Assembly: GCA_964106645.2 (NCBI GenBank)
Contig: OZ067047.1
From: Podarcis pityusensis
Lineage: Eukaryota
Length of the DNA: 64,000 nt
Reading direction: 5' to 3' (one strand)
Part shown: in pieces, positions 1-11,650 of the stretch
Numbering within the stretch: position 1 is the first letter of the stretch
Layout of the letters: the number at the start of each line of letters is the position of its first letter
The notes under the pieces: generated by a model
Databases searched by the model: none
What the model was told of the DNA's origin: nothing
The model's input: only the letters and a program-made list of their open reading frames with translations
Program-made: the position numbers and the translations under genes

Positions 1-439
1 TTCCTTGCTTAGAATTGTCTGTAAGTAAGGGGGGTGCGGACTTCCTTTTAGCACCCCCCCCGGTCGTCTCGAATTCACAGGAAAAGTTTCTTAAAGCCAA
101 ATTCCATCTACTCACGGGTTATTCTTTTTCAGTCCAATTTTCAAGGAAGGAAGTCAGCGCTCTCCAGTCCTGGCTCGCAGCTTCGCTCCACCGAGGTAGC
201 GATCGACTCTCAGCGCCACGCCACCCTCCGTACCCTCTCCACAGCCTTTAAAAAGGCTCTTCGTGGGTCGGGGGGGCGCTTAAGGCGCCCACCGAGTCTT
301 CCCGTCCGCAGGCTTCAGCGCCTGCGGTTTCTAAGGGTCCCCGCGTCGCCGGCGCGGCAAGACCCGTCCTCAGCGGAGCCGATTCCCTCCGCAGCTCGGA
401 GGGAATCCACCATTTCCTGATCGCGCCAACCCGGAAGTC
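1..439 (-). mobile_element. Probable L1-clade LINE 5' UTR (CpG-rich), antisense within the last SPIC intron; continues off the left edge
   Basis: Abrupt GC/CpG-rich block. The minus strand begins GACTTCCGGG, a start typical of non-mammalian vertebrate L1 5' ends. Several perfect hairpins are present. No ORF1 is visible in the window. Confidence 0.55.
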
Positions 440-479
440 TCCAAAATCACTTGGATCCATTCTGACTTGGATGCTATAG

Positions 480-780
480 TTGATACAGATCTGGCGGGTG
501 TAACTGGCCTCTGCTTGTCCAGTATTAATGGATACTTTTCAATTTGTACAGCCCAAGAATGCTAGATCCTTGTCCTTCCTGGCTCATCAAAAGGGCCAGT
601 GGGGGACGGGCTAAGTGGATGACGGGAGCGGTCAGTGCCTTCTTCCAGCAAGGCATGGTTCCAGCATGCCTGAAGGAGGCAGTTATAAGACCTCTATTGA
701 AAAAGCCTCCCTTGAATCCCACCATGTTGGATAATTATCAGCCAGTCTCCAATATCCCATTTTGGGGCAAGTTATTGGAC
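480..780 (+). mobile_element. L2/CR1-group LINE ORF2 fragment (region preceding the RT domain)
   Basis: Translation LDPCPSWLIK...[34 protein letters not shown] matches the LKKPxLDP..NYRPVSNLPF motif of L2-type ORF2. Confidence 0.8.
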
Positions 781-818
781 CTGTTTAATTATTATTATTT
801 TTTTAAACTTCCTGATAG

Positions 819-1273
819 GCAGGAAGAAGCTACGCCTGTTTGAATATCTTCACGAATCTCTCCATAATCCAGACCTGGCAAACTGCATCCAGTGGTTAGA
901 TAAGCCCAATGGCGTCTTCCAGTTTATTTCCAAACACAAGGAGAAATTGGCAGAACTGTGGGGGGAACGCAAGGGAAACCGGAAGATCATGACCTACCAG
1001 AAAATGGCTAGAGCTCTGAGGAATTACGGAAGAACAGGAGAAATAATCAAAATCCGAAGGAAACTGACCTATCAGTTTGGTGCCATAGCTTTGCAAAGGC
1101 TTTCTCTGGCTTGCTTTCCTGGGAAAGAGGGAGATTTTGATCTCTATCACCAAGGTGATCAAAAGTGCCAGTATGCAGACAGCTGGCTTTCTTATCATTA
1201 TTACATGTATAACAAGGATCATGAACTACAGCAGCTTTATAGCAATACAAATCCATTCTGTTATGAGTCTTAA
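819..1273 (+). CDS. SPIC: SPIC (Spi-C transcription factor), last coding exon with the ETS domain and C-terminus
   Basis: Acceptor ttttttaaacttcctgatAG ends at 818 (phase 1). Translation (G)[86 protein letters not shown] is a SPI-subfamily ETS domain with the SPIC-type LFEYLHESL. Stop TAA at 1271-1273. Synteny with MYBPC1 agrees. Confidence 0.95.
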
Positions 1274-2194
1274 AGAAACTTTGAAGGACAGCAACTCTTC
1301 TCCAGTATATATTCTCCCAGCCCCTTGAGATATCACATTATGCATCTGCACGTTTTTTTCTTTTCTTTTTTATGCTCCCTAAACTATTAACTCACTAGAA
1401 ACCTGAAAACATATGCAAACTTTCAGATTCATGTAAACCATTCTTCAGTCTTAGCTGGGATGGTCGTAGGAGATGTTTAAGGCTATACTCCACATGTGCC
1501 TGGGAGTAAGTCCCACAGAAACTTAGCAAGGCTTGCTTCTACACAGACATATACACAATTGTTCTGCAAAGCTCCTAAAAGAAGGAGAAAGGGGAGATCA
1601 ATAACACAGGGAACAGACTATTGTAAGAACATCTAAATTATAACAATATTGATTTAGAGGATCTATTTATTTCAACAGATCTTTCTTCCAATTAACTGCA
1701 CCCTCTTAAGCATGTTTACTCAGAAGTAAAGTCCACTGAACTGTATCCCCAGTAAGTATGTACAGGTCTGTTGCCTTAATGGTAGAGTTTAATGGTATAT
1801 TATAATTACAAACCCAAATATTAAGATCTCTGAGCATCCTAGTGCATATAACACATCAAGAATTACTGTGGCTTGTGTGTCTACAATGGTTTATGCATTT
1901 AATTTGCTTCTTACTGTATGTATTTCATTAAATATCACTTTATCTAACAGGCATTATTATATGGGAGCTTTTTGTTATTAATATTCAGCAGCAGCCAGCA
2001 TGTACTAAAATCCTCATAGGCACAAGTGGGTCATTAACTATTACAGTTCAAAAATCTTCAGAAATGTTGCTTGCATGGAAGTAATAATAATTATCCCCTC
2101 CAAATAATTATGGTTTATTTTATACATATTTACATCTCAAGCCTTCAATACAGAAACGTCCTAAAATACTCTCCTCTCCCCCTTTTGCGCTTGA

Positions 2195-2200
2195 AATAAA
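2195..2200 (+). terminator. Candidate SPIC polyadenylation signal (AATAAA); alternative ATTAAA near 1927
   Basis: First canonical AATAAA I found after the stop codon. No transcript evidence. Confidence 0.3.
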
Positions 2201-2904
2201 TAGATCCAAGGGCAGGCCTTTGATCCTTGCTGCAAATCCTTCCTCCCCTACTGAAATCCCTTTGCCCTGCTCCTGCAGAAACCTAAGACAGCGCCTCTGA
2301 TCTAAAGGCTTGTTTAAATATTTTAGTGGTAGTCTAAACTCAGTCATCACAAGTTATGATCATTTAGAGGGACTTGAGGCTAGCAAATGATGATTGGCAC
2401 CAAATTAGAAAGAGGATTTGCAAGTAAAGTAATATCACACTGTATATGGGCGAAATTACTGTGTGTTGCTATCAGATGACTCCCACAGTAACTTGTGAGA
2501 GATGTAGCAACCAGATTCATAGCATAATACAGTCTGTCTCAAGAGGTTTAGGTTTTTTAAAGTCTCTAGTATTATGCCACATGAGAAGCTAGCAAGCACA
2601 GTAATTAGAGAACAGGCAGTTGAACTCACACCAAGCTTTCCTCAAGTTTGTTCTTCTTAGTGTACCCATGAAACCCATTTAAAGATGTATCTAACTTCCC
2701 ATATCAGCGATCACTGAATTTAAACATAAGCAAGCATTATGAAAGATTTCCCCACTCCCCACTAAATCAACTGAAATCTATAATAGGTATCCTATACCTC
2801 TGCTTTGATTGCAGTACTGCAACAAAGGTTTTCACACATAAGGTGTAAATCAACTGTGCACTTCTTTTGTGCAATATACACCATTAAGCTGCTCAATGTA
2901 CATT

Positions 2905-3073
2905 TCCCATTTATTTATTGTATGATTATTCCACCCTTGCTCAAAGGTTCTTACGGGGTTCTTCTTTTTCTGTTGCCCTCACCACAACCTTGTAGAGTAG
3001 ATTAGCATGCACAACGATGATTGGCCCAAGGTTACCCACTGAGCTTCATGGCTGTGTCGGCATTTGAACCTGG
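2905..3073 (-). mobile_element. Degenerate MIR-like tRNA SINE fragment
   Basis: ggcccaaggttacccactgagcttcatggc...tttgaacctggg matches the reverse complement of the SINEs at 28463 and 58385. Confidence 0.6.
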
Positions 3074-3670
3074 GTGCTTCTTGGATTTGCTGATGGGAAG
3101 GTTGGCAGTTCGAATCCCCTTGACAGAGTGAGCTCCCATTGCTCTGTCCCAGCTCCTGCCAACCTAGCAGTTCAAAAGCATACCAGTGCAAACAAATAGG
3201 TACTGCTGTGGCAGGAAGGTAAACAGCGTTTCCATGCGCTCTGGTTTCCGTCACGGTGTTCTGTTGCGCCAGAAGCGGTTTAGTCATGTTGGCCACATGA
3301 CCCAGAAAGTTGTCTGTGGACAAACGCCAGCTCCCTCGGCCTGAAAGCGAGATGAGCGCAGCAACACCATAGTTGCCTTTGACTGGACTTAACTGTCCAG
3401 GTGCATGGGTAGGCACACTAAGGCCCGGGGGCTGGATCCGGCCCAATAGCCTTCTAAATCTGGCCTGCAGACGGTCCGGGAATCAGCTTGTTTTACATGA
3501 GTAGAATGTGTCCTTTTATATAAAATGCATCTCTGGGTTATTTGTGGGGCATAGGAATTCTTGCTCCCCCCCAAAAAATATAGTCCAGCCCCCCACAAGC
3601 TCTGAGGGACAGTGGACCAGCCCGCTGCTGAAAAGGTTTGCTGACCCCTGGTCCAGGGGTCCTTTACCCC
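3074..3670 (+). mobile_element. Sauria SINE (5'-truncated) interrupted in its 3' tail by a MITE
   Basis: ttcgaatcccc...ctcctgccaacctagcagttc...ggccacatgacccagaaag...gactggacttaactgtccagg|...|gtccaggggtcctttacc. Homologous to 48720-49086. Confidence 0.85.
3404..3650. mobile_element. hAT-type MITE nested in the Sauria SINE
   Basis: Imperfect TIRs CATGGGTAGGCACAC / GTTTGCTGACCCCTG. GTCCAGG is duplicated on both sides. Confidence 0.75.
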
Positions 3671-4017
3671 CCCTTTTTAAAACCCCCTGGGCCAAGCCCA
3701 ACCCTCTAACCAACACGAGAGCAGACAAGCCCTTGTTTGCATTGCAAAACTAGCAAGTCAGAAAAATAGCACTTTAAACTCTCCGTATAACCACTCCCAC
3801 CTCCTTAAACAGTCATTTACAGCAACTAAGAGGAGTTTTGGGCATAAGAGGTCAGTGACAGGAGCATGCAGCTGGTGGTGCTTCTTTGTAACATGCAAAG
3901 GGGGAACCTTGCTTCAGGAAGGATCTGCATCCATATCTGAACCTTGCACATATCCTCATAGGAGTTTCCCTTTTGACGATGGAAAGAAATGCTGCCGGAT
4001 AGAAGTCTGGGGAGGAG

Positions 4018-4160
4018 GGAAGAGGCATAGCTCTGTGATAGAGCACCACCTTCCCTGCAGAAGGCCTCAGGTTCAATCCTGGAATCTCCTGGTAGGGCTG
4101 GGAATAACCCCTACATGAACCCTTAAGAGACGCTTCCTCTCAGTATAGACCAAGTATTGT
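4018..4160 (+). mobile_element. tRNA-derived SINE; family also at ~21690-21865(-), 22840-23030(-), 25617-25710(+), 42778-42856(+), 43860-44225(+), 57160-57295(-)
   Basis: A-box-like catagctc..gtgatagagc and B-box GGTTCAATCC, followed by the shared body atctcc.ggtagggctggg. Confidence 0.75.
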
Positions 4161-4476
4161 ACACACAATACTTTCAACACACATTCGAGTCACATTTCCC
4201 CTCTCATTTCTGGACCCTGTAGATTGTAAGTAAGAAGGCTGGTGGGCTTTGAAGAATTGGGTTGGTGGGAGGGTGACTCATTTGCCTTAATGGACATCAC
4301 AGGCCATTGCAAGAACATGGTGCTGGCCTAGATGAGCCTTTGGCCTGATCCAGTGGGGCTTTTCTTATGTTACTTCTTAGGCAAGAAGAGGGATATCAGC
4401 CTTGTCAGCAGGAGCCCTTGTGCCGGACAGGTATGCTTTGATAGGAACAGGTTGTGTGTATGCTGGAATAGCAGAG

Positions 4477-4610
4477 ATCATAGAATCATAGAATTACAGA
4501 GTTGGAAGGGACTCTGAGGATTATCTAGTTTAACCCCCTGCAATTCTGGAATCCCAACATGTGGTCCTCCATCCAGTTTGAAACCATGCTGGACCCTGCT
4601 TAGCTTTGCA
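4477..4610 (-). mobile_element. 5S rRNA-derived segment fused to a CR1 3' tail (SINE3-like)
   Basis: Minus strand of 4561-4606 gives 35/46 ungapped identities to the recalled vertebrate 5S internal control region (AAGCTAAGCAGGGTC...TGGATGG). It is followed by a CR1 tail ending TTCTATGATTCTATG. Confidence 0.65.
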
Positions 4611-5714
4611 AATGTGCTAGGCATTTTATTGCTGCACCATTTGAAAAGAGACTGGATGGTGATGGTCGATACAGTGCAGTTCCTACCATGGATGTGAGGA
4701 TACTACTTGTGTGGCTTTTGCTCCAGCATCTGGACCTTTAGGGCTGATGGTATATAACCAGCTATGCCGACACAGTAGGTTGAGTGAACAAGACCTTATA
4801 TTACTGCTTTAATGTTGTCAGATGCCACATGGTGGTGCTATATGTCAACCTTGTTTTCAAGCTAAACTGGTTTCATTCGGCTCTAGAAGCACCAAACTAG
4901 ACTTGAAAACATGTGGGATTTTGCAAAACGCAGACTGCAACAGTTCGGAGGCAACTGATAATTAACAGGGCCAGAGTATGCATGGACCACTTCCTCCTGT
5001 GCATCAATCCTGAAGAATTTCCTTCTGAAGCTGGTATTTGTCTTGGAAGGTAATCCCCAATTGGTGGCAATGGGGGAATTCCTAGCATTGCAACAATCCC
5101 CTTCAAAGAGAGAATTTCCTCAAGACAGTAGCAGGGAGAAGGAATGCCTGCCCACATCTCCTTAATTATCACTTTCTGCTAGCTGATGTATTTGCATTTA
5201 CAAAAAAAAAAAAAAAGACACATTAAATGCAAGGCCCCCTTTAACATCTGGTTTGGCCCTGAATCTTGCTTGCTTGTCTTCCTTATCTTTCAGCATTATT
5301 TCAACTACTGTACATCCACACAGGGCTGTCAGCTTTTGAACCAGACCCCTCTGCAGCTTTTAACAGCAGTTTTACCTTCGGCAATTAACAGGTGGTAACA
5401 TTTTTTAAGGAACAAAGAATCTTGTGGCACCTTAAAGTGTAACACATTTATTATGACTTACTGGTAGGTGCCGTGCACTCATTATATTAAATGTTTAATA
5501 TTGAAATGCCCTCCTTTCATTGATATTTTTAAAGCACTAGTTGCTGGATTCTGCATACCTCTTAAAAGAACTGATGAAGATGAGGCCACACGCCCTCCCT
5601 GCCCCACCAGTTGGCATCCTATTATCCAGCTAGCTCGATAGTGGTCCAAAGTCCACATTCTAAAAGGAAGACACTCCAATTTTATAGACTCATAAAGTTG
5701 AACTGGCTAACACA

Positions 5715-5835
5715 GGATTTGGAAAGTCTTTGGTCCTCCAGATGTTGATGAACTACAACTCCCATCAGCCCGAGCATGGGTGGCCAATGGTCACAGTTGA
5801 TGGGTACTGTAGTTCACCAACATATGGAGGACTAA
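5715..5835. repeat. Hairpin MITE family (ctccagatgtt..actacaactcccatc / gatgggagttgtagt..catctggaggg); copies also at ~11115, 19895, 22085, 30168, 31385, 38024, 39003, 57850, 59050, 59871
   Basis: Recurrent self-complementary motif. The 38024 copy retains TIRs and an 8-bp TSD. Confidence 0.75.
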
Positions 5836-5944
5836 ATCCACACCTGAGCTACTGCATCTGTATAATGGGAGGACTTCAGACAGATGAACAGATCCTGTAC
5901 TTAGTGATATACCTTTGGCTGGAGATGGGTAATGGTTCACAGGC

Positions 5945-6120
5945 TGCACATTCACACCGTGCATTTGAAGCACTATTTAAAGCACATGGCTCCCCCAAAA
6001 GAATCATGGCAACCGCAGTTCACCCCTCACAAAACTACAATTTCTAGCATCTTTAACAAAACTGAAGCTCCTGGGATTCTTTGGGGGAAGCCACGTGTTT
6101 TAAATGTATGGTGTAGATGT
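5945..6120. repeat. Palindromic repeat family (catacatttaaagc..cccaaagaatcctgggaactgtagt / actacag.tcccaggattctttggg..tttaaatgtatggtg); copies also at ~12280-12690, 15680-15850, 16445-16612, 29030-29285, 36120-36280
   Basis: Long imperfect inverted arms repeated at least six times. Probably a non-autonomous DNA transposon. Confidence 0.7.
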
Positions 6121-8959
6121 GACTGAATCATCAGTCACATGGCAACCTCCTTTGAGTTGTTAGCTCCTAATTTTCATTGGGACTTTAGCATGCAGGGACA
6201 GGAGGTTTAGATTTTCTTTTCCCGAATGGATTCCCACTGAAATTTTCCATACACAATGCAGTTAAGACTTTAAGGGGGAAAGCTCCCATTGGCACCAATG
6301 GGAGCTTTTTACTAAGAGCAACTACAGCATATGCTGGATGTGGTGCTTTTCATTTAAATTACAACAGGAGAGGAATGAATAAGACCTCCCTTCATGTGCT
6401 ATGGTCTTAATAACATCCACCCACATGCCTATGCTTTTTTTTTTTTAATCCACACTATTAACCCAACATATAGGCTGACTCCGAAGGAAGAAGAGGAAAG
6501 ATGCCCATTTTCACTATGAACAACATGGGGCCAATATTTCTCATGAGAGGAAAGAGCTATCTTATTAAGAATGTGTGCATGGAACAACTTCTGTTAATAC
6601 TGTGGATTAGAAGATGAACCTCAGTGCGACTGGACTGTATTAGCAAGATGCCATCGGCACGCAGACAGAGTGTAAATTGGTGGGTGGAAAAACAGATCCC
6701 TTTGGACATTCCAAAGTCATATAATACAAGCCAAGGGCCGAAGACCAATGGAGAAGTAAGAGAAAAGCAGCTGGCCACAAGTCCCAGAAGAATTGCTGGG
6801 AGGAAAAGAATCCCTGGAAACCAGTAGAATTGTTACTTTATTAATCATCAACCCCTCAGTTTTTGATGTTCCATGGTGAGTGTGGATCAATAGGTAGCAA
6901 AAATGGAACCACACACACACGGGCATTGGCAGACATGGGAGAATCCCACAATTTGCAGAAGTGGAACAAATCTTTAGAGGGGGGAAACTGAAGTGGGAGA
7001 AGACATAATTCATAATCCCTATGAGGACTAGGGATGTAAGAAGGTGCTGTTTTCCACTGTGCTGTGTATTCCTCACATACAACACCGTTTCTGTCCTGCT
7101 GCAGTTCATCTTCCACCAAAGACTACACTTTTTGTCTTGCTGTCTGCTGTGGTGAAACTATGTAATTTGTGTAACTAATTACCTTGCCATGATGCTGTTC
7201 CACCCTGTTCATTTCAATGCAAACACAAATGGGGGTGGCGGCGTTGTAATCAATTATGTATTGTGTGCAGACTGAAAGCAGCAGCAATTTCAATCTTTCC
7301 CACTTTTGTTGGAATTCTGTGGCATCCCTAATGGGAGCTGAGCATGTTGAATGGCCACAGGATACTGATGAGGGCGGGCAGGATAAAAGGGAAATGGATT
7401 GGAGTGGCTTGAAACCTGAACAGAAACATACTGCATTGCAACAATTTGTTGCAGGTTCCCTTGAATATTCTTTTCAAAGGAGTTACAAGGTCTTCATAGC
7501 ATAAATCCCTGAACTGTGGGTCACAATTTAATGGACTATCCTGGAAAATCAACCTAGCATTGCAATAATCCAAACTATATGTGTTTCTGACTTCCAATAT
7601 CCCTAAAGTTAGCTACCATATAATTGTTATATATTGTGAGGATTTGATATTTGACTTCAAGTCCTTAATTCCACTTCTATAATATACTACTAATCATTAT
7701 CATTAAGAAAATGTATTTCAGTTCATTTTGTGACCTATTAAATCCTGGGATTGTCGCTTAGAATGATTAGGCTTTATCCCAGTTTAGGTCTAGCTCATAT
7801 GATGATACAAAACTTATGAGTAGGGATGCTGAGGGCTGCCACATACCTGCTGTCTGTCCATTGTGCCCTCCAGATCTTGTTGGGACCCCAAAACATCTCA
7901 CTGCTTCGGGATTGGAGTGCACTGGTCAAAGTTACTAAATACATTCTAGAATATTCCCTCTACCAGTGGTGGGAGGGTTGGTGGCAGGGAGACCAGCAGT
8001 AGATGGAGATAGAACCAGTGACAGGCAGAGCCAACCCTTGATTGGCTGTAAGGAAGAGATATATAGGTCACCGTAATCAGTTCAATACATTATCACTGTA
8101 TGATGCATGAATGTAGCTGATTTCCATTATTCCCCATTATTGGGATGTTGGAAATGTGAATATTAGCTGAACTTACACAGTAAGAGAATGCCTATAGGGC
8201 TGATTTACCTCAGTGGCTTGCAAATGATCCACAGAGGCACACAGAGTCCCATGGGTACTAGCACCTTGTAGGTATGAATGCTACTGCCATATCTGGAATG
8301 TGTTGTTTGAACAAGTATTTAGTTCTGGAGGAATAAAAACAAATAATCTCCACTAGTTCCATGCATTCATTATTGCACAGTGGTTTATTTTCAGAGATTT
8401 TGCTCTATACATTGAAGTTTGCTCGGTTTCTGAGGTGTTTTCTTCAAACCCTGAACAGTAATTCACCTCATGGCTATCCTGAAGACTGGTGAGAAAAGCA
8501 ACACCTAATTAATCAGTGGCAGATGCTGTTATTACGGGAAGTCGGCAAACACCCAACAGTTAAGGTAAACTGTAGTGTAACATTAAGCTTAGCTGACAAA
8601 TTTCCAAGTCTTCTGATGGTAGGAGCTGAGGAGTGAAGCTACATCAGAGGTAATGTGAAACACTTCTATATGCCTATGACAGAAGGTAATGCTGCTTGAT
8701 TCAGAACTGGAATGAGATGCATTCTAGAATATTCCCTCTCTCCCTCCCACTCACAAAACTTCCAGTCCAACCAGAAACAAATCACGACTGCTTTGGCTCT
8801 AGTGGCAATGGCATCGAAAAAGCTGTTGTTCTCCACCATCATTGTCTGCCGAATGTCACTGCGGAGCTTTTCTGAGTGGTCTGTGGTCTTTTAAAATACG
8901 ACACAGTAGGAAATAGCATTTGTATCTGTCACAATTTGGACTCCATATTTAATTCCAAT

Positions 8960-9840
8960 CAGTGGAGGTGTCAGTGGCATTGTCTGGTTTTTGTTTGCTG
9001 GATGATTTTCAGTTCTTAGGACCTGAGGATGTGGAAAAAGTGTTTGTAGAAGCCCAACCATCCACAGGTATGCTTGGACGCCACCCCCCACCCCCCTGCT
9101 CATTGCATCTAGCAAGGAAAGGATAGCTTGGCTGGTCCAGGAGGTGGGGAATACGTCATTAAAAGATGCTATGGTTCTATGCTCCTTAAAGAAGGTGGTA
9201 GTGTGATCACTCCAGAAAAAACATCATTGGATCCAGAAGATCTTAACAAATATAGGCTGGGAAGGGTACACAATACTTCTGCTACTGCATTGAAAGAGGC
9301 TGGGCATTATGGGGATATTAAGCCACCGATACTGGATCCTGGTTCTAATTAAGTGTTGACATTTATCTTTAAAGCCTTTCACAGTTTGAGCTCTTGAAGC
9401 ATTGCCCCTTCTCCCATGTGCCTACTTATCTATGTCTTGAAGCCATTCTCCAAGTGCCCCTTTGAGCAGCAGGTGACCAGATGTGAAGAGGCCTTTTCAG
9501 CAATGGCCTCATGGCTGTGAAATGCAGTCCCTTCACCGGGCACCTACACTGATGGATTTCTGGCACAAGGAAAATATCTTTTCTATTTACCCAGGCCTTT
9601 AAACGTATGCAGTAGTTTACCACAAATTTCCCTTTGTGAAGTTGCTTAGTGTTTTTAACTTACTTAATCTGTGGTGACTCTCTGTTCTGTTTTTTTTAAA
9701 GTGGTCTTTCTGATGCTATAGTAGTGTTTTTGCTTGCTGTGTTTTATTGTATCTTTATTGTAATTGTGTTTATTTTAACTCATTCTTATCTTTGTAAGTC
9801 TATCCAGAAAACCTCCATTATAGGCTGATCTATAAATAGT
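8960..9840 (+). mobile_element. Highly decayed L2-type LINE fragments
   Basis: Remnants PEKTSLDPEDLNKYR and a 3' portion gaggccttttcagcaatggcc..ggctgtgaaatgc resemble the L2 pieces at 544 and 19042. Confidence 0.55.
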
Positions 9841-11464
9841 AGCTTATGCATGAATGCAAAAATAAATACACAGTTCATACTGGCCTTTCAGCTTCTCGTC
9901 CACAGAGAGAAATCCTGCCTGTTTAGTTTTCCCTGTAATTAGGGTCTGGGGTAAAATACAAGAAGAGGCCTGATGGCTCAGGCTAAAAGCCCAGTCTCTA
10001 GACCAGTCTCCCTTTCTCAGTGGCCAGTGATGTGCCTCTCAGAAGGCTATAAGTACAACAGCACTCTCCCCACTTGCAAAGACCAGAAACACACCACCTT
10101 TGACCTTGTAGGGTGAACATAGCCATCACTGCTAGCAGCCACTGATAGCCTTATCCTCCATAGATTTGTCTAATCCTTTATAAAAGTTCTCTCTAGCTAC
10201 GAGCCAAATAACTGTGGCCTGCCTGGGACAATGCTGTGTGACAGAAACATTTACCATACTTATTAGCCACGTGTTGTGGCTGTATTTGGGACAATGCTGT
10301 AGCAGCAGGAGGACATGCCATTATTTGCATCACCACTGTTAATTCTGCATTACAGGAGCACGCTGCAAAGTTAAAATATAAAGCCACCGCTTTTGTTGCC
10401 ACAAGCTCTTGCTCTCCGCTGCTGGATCATGCTTGGTGTTAGCAGCACTCCTGGCTCTCCTCCTCACCCTCATCTGAGGGTTACATACTTCCCTAATGGA
10501 GGCAGCTTGTCCCGTCCCAAGTATCTGGTGCCAACATAGCTACAATTCCGGATGAGCTCCGTCTCTCTGGGACACCTGCTGCCAGAGCTCAAAGTGATGA
10601 CGTCAACAGCTTATTGGTGGGAGCTCAAGCTCTAAAACCCATGTAGCTCTGCTTGGGGAAGAACTATGATTTGGTATTAGAAGGAGGGAATCTCTCCAAC
10701 TTTGGAATGAGATCGCTCAGATTTTGCAATTTGAAGGTCACAATGGATGTGACATGTATAATTAGAGAAGGGTGATCATTAAGACGATGTTTGTATGCAT
10801 ATATTGAGGTGGAACTAGAAAACAAAATATCCAATTGATTTGCCAATTAAAACTTTTAGCCTCCTGGGGTCATAATGCAAATGAGGGCATAGATGCAACG
10901 CATTAGAAAAGGGGGTCTTGTGTGAACCTTATGAGCAAGGTTTGAGAATGCATTGATTCATAGATCTATTAGAAATAAATTGATATCTCCATGGTAGAAA
11001 ATATGGCCAATTATCTGTTAGACAGAGGAATAACATTTCCCCTGATAATAAAGGATATGACCAGGGATGTACTCATAATGCCTCTGTAGCAAACACTGTC
11101 ACATCAGCGGAGCTTGTTTACCAACGTGGCACCCTCCAGATGTTTTTAGACTACAACTACAACTCCCTGCTTGTACTGGCTGGGGTTGATGGGAATTGTA
11201 GTCTAAAATATCTCCAGGGCACCAGGTTAGGGAAAGCTTGTTTAGAGCCACTTCATATAGTCAGGTTAAAAAAACAAAAAACTACTGTGAATACAACATC
11301 TTCTAAATATAGAGCTAAAAATTTAAACCTCCAGTCTAGTAAAGTGTATTTGGGACTATGCATGTATAGACTTTTTTAAAAAGCTGAAATATCAATTATC
11401 AGCTGTTTGAGAGTGAAGGGGAGGGAGAGGGACTGAAACCCAAATAGCTGATCACCCAGATTTT

Positions 11465-11650
11465 AGCCACTGTGGTGTAGTGGTTAGAGTCTCAGACTAG
11501 GACTTGGGAGACAAGAGTTCAAATTTCCACACAGTTATGAAGCTGGGCCAACCACTCCCTCTCAGCCTAACTTGTGGGGATTAAATGGGGAGGGGGAAAA
11601 CCATGTATACCACCTTGAGCTCCTTGGAGAAAAAGGTGGGATATAAATTC
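11465..11650 (+). mobile_element. MIR-like tRNA SINE
   Basis: gccactgtggtgtagtggttagag..gactaggac..gttcaaat...caccttgagctccttggag..ggtgggatataaat, followed by a short TCAA/GATA tail. Confidence 0.8.

Noticed and set aside
544-843. 99-aa ORF running from the L2 fragment into the SPIC exon (possible RT-SPIC fusion)
   Set aside because: It overlaps the SPIC exon in a different frame and stops at 843. It is a LINE relic next to the acceptor.
947-1273. ORF-track 'start' of a 108-aa ETS protein
   Set aside because: The start is an internal TTG (Leu) codon. The real unit is a spliced exon beginning at 819.
5405-5600. Possible Penelope-type hammerhead ribozyme (cttgtggcaccttaaag; CTGATGA at ~5571)
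   Set aside because: Only a short Penelope-like remnant is present. No stem II plus GAAA core can be paired with the CTGATGA.
9830-9839. Perfect MEF2 consensus CTATAAATAG (also CTAAATATAG at 11303-11312)
   Set aside because: The first lies in a decayed L2 tail. Both are isolated in AT-rich DNA, where chance matches are expected.
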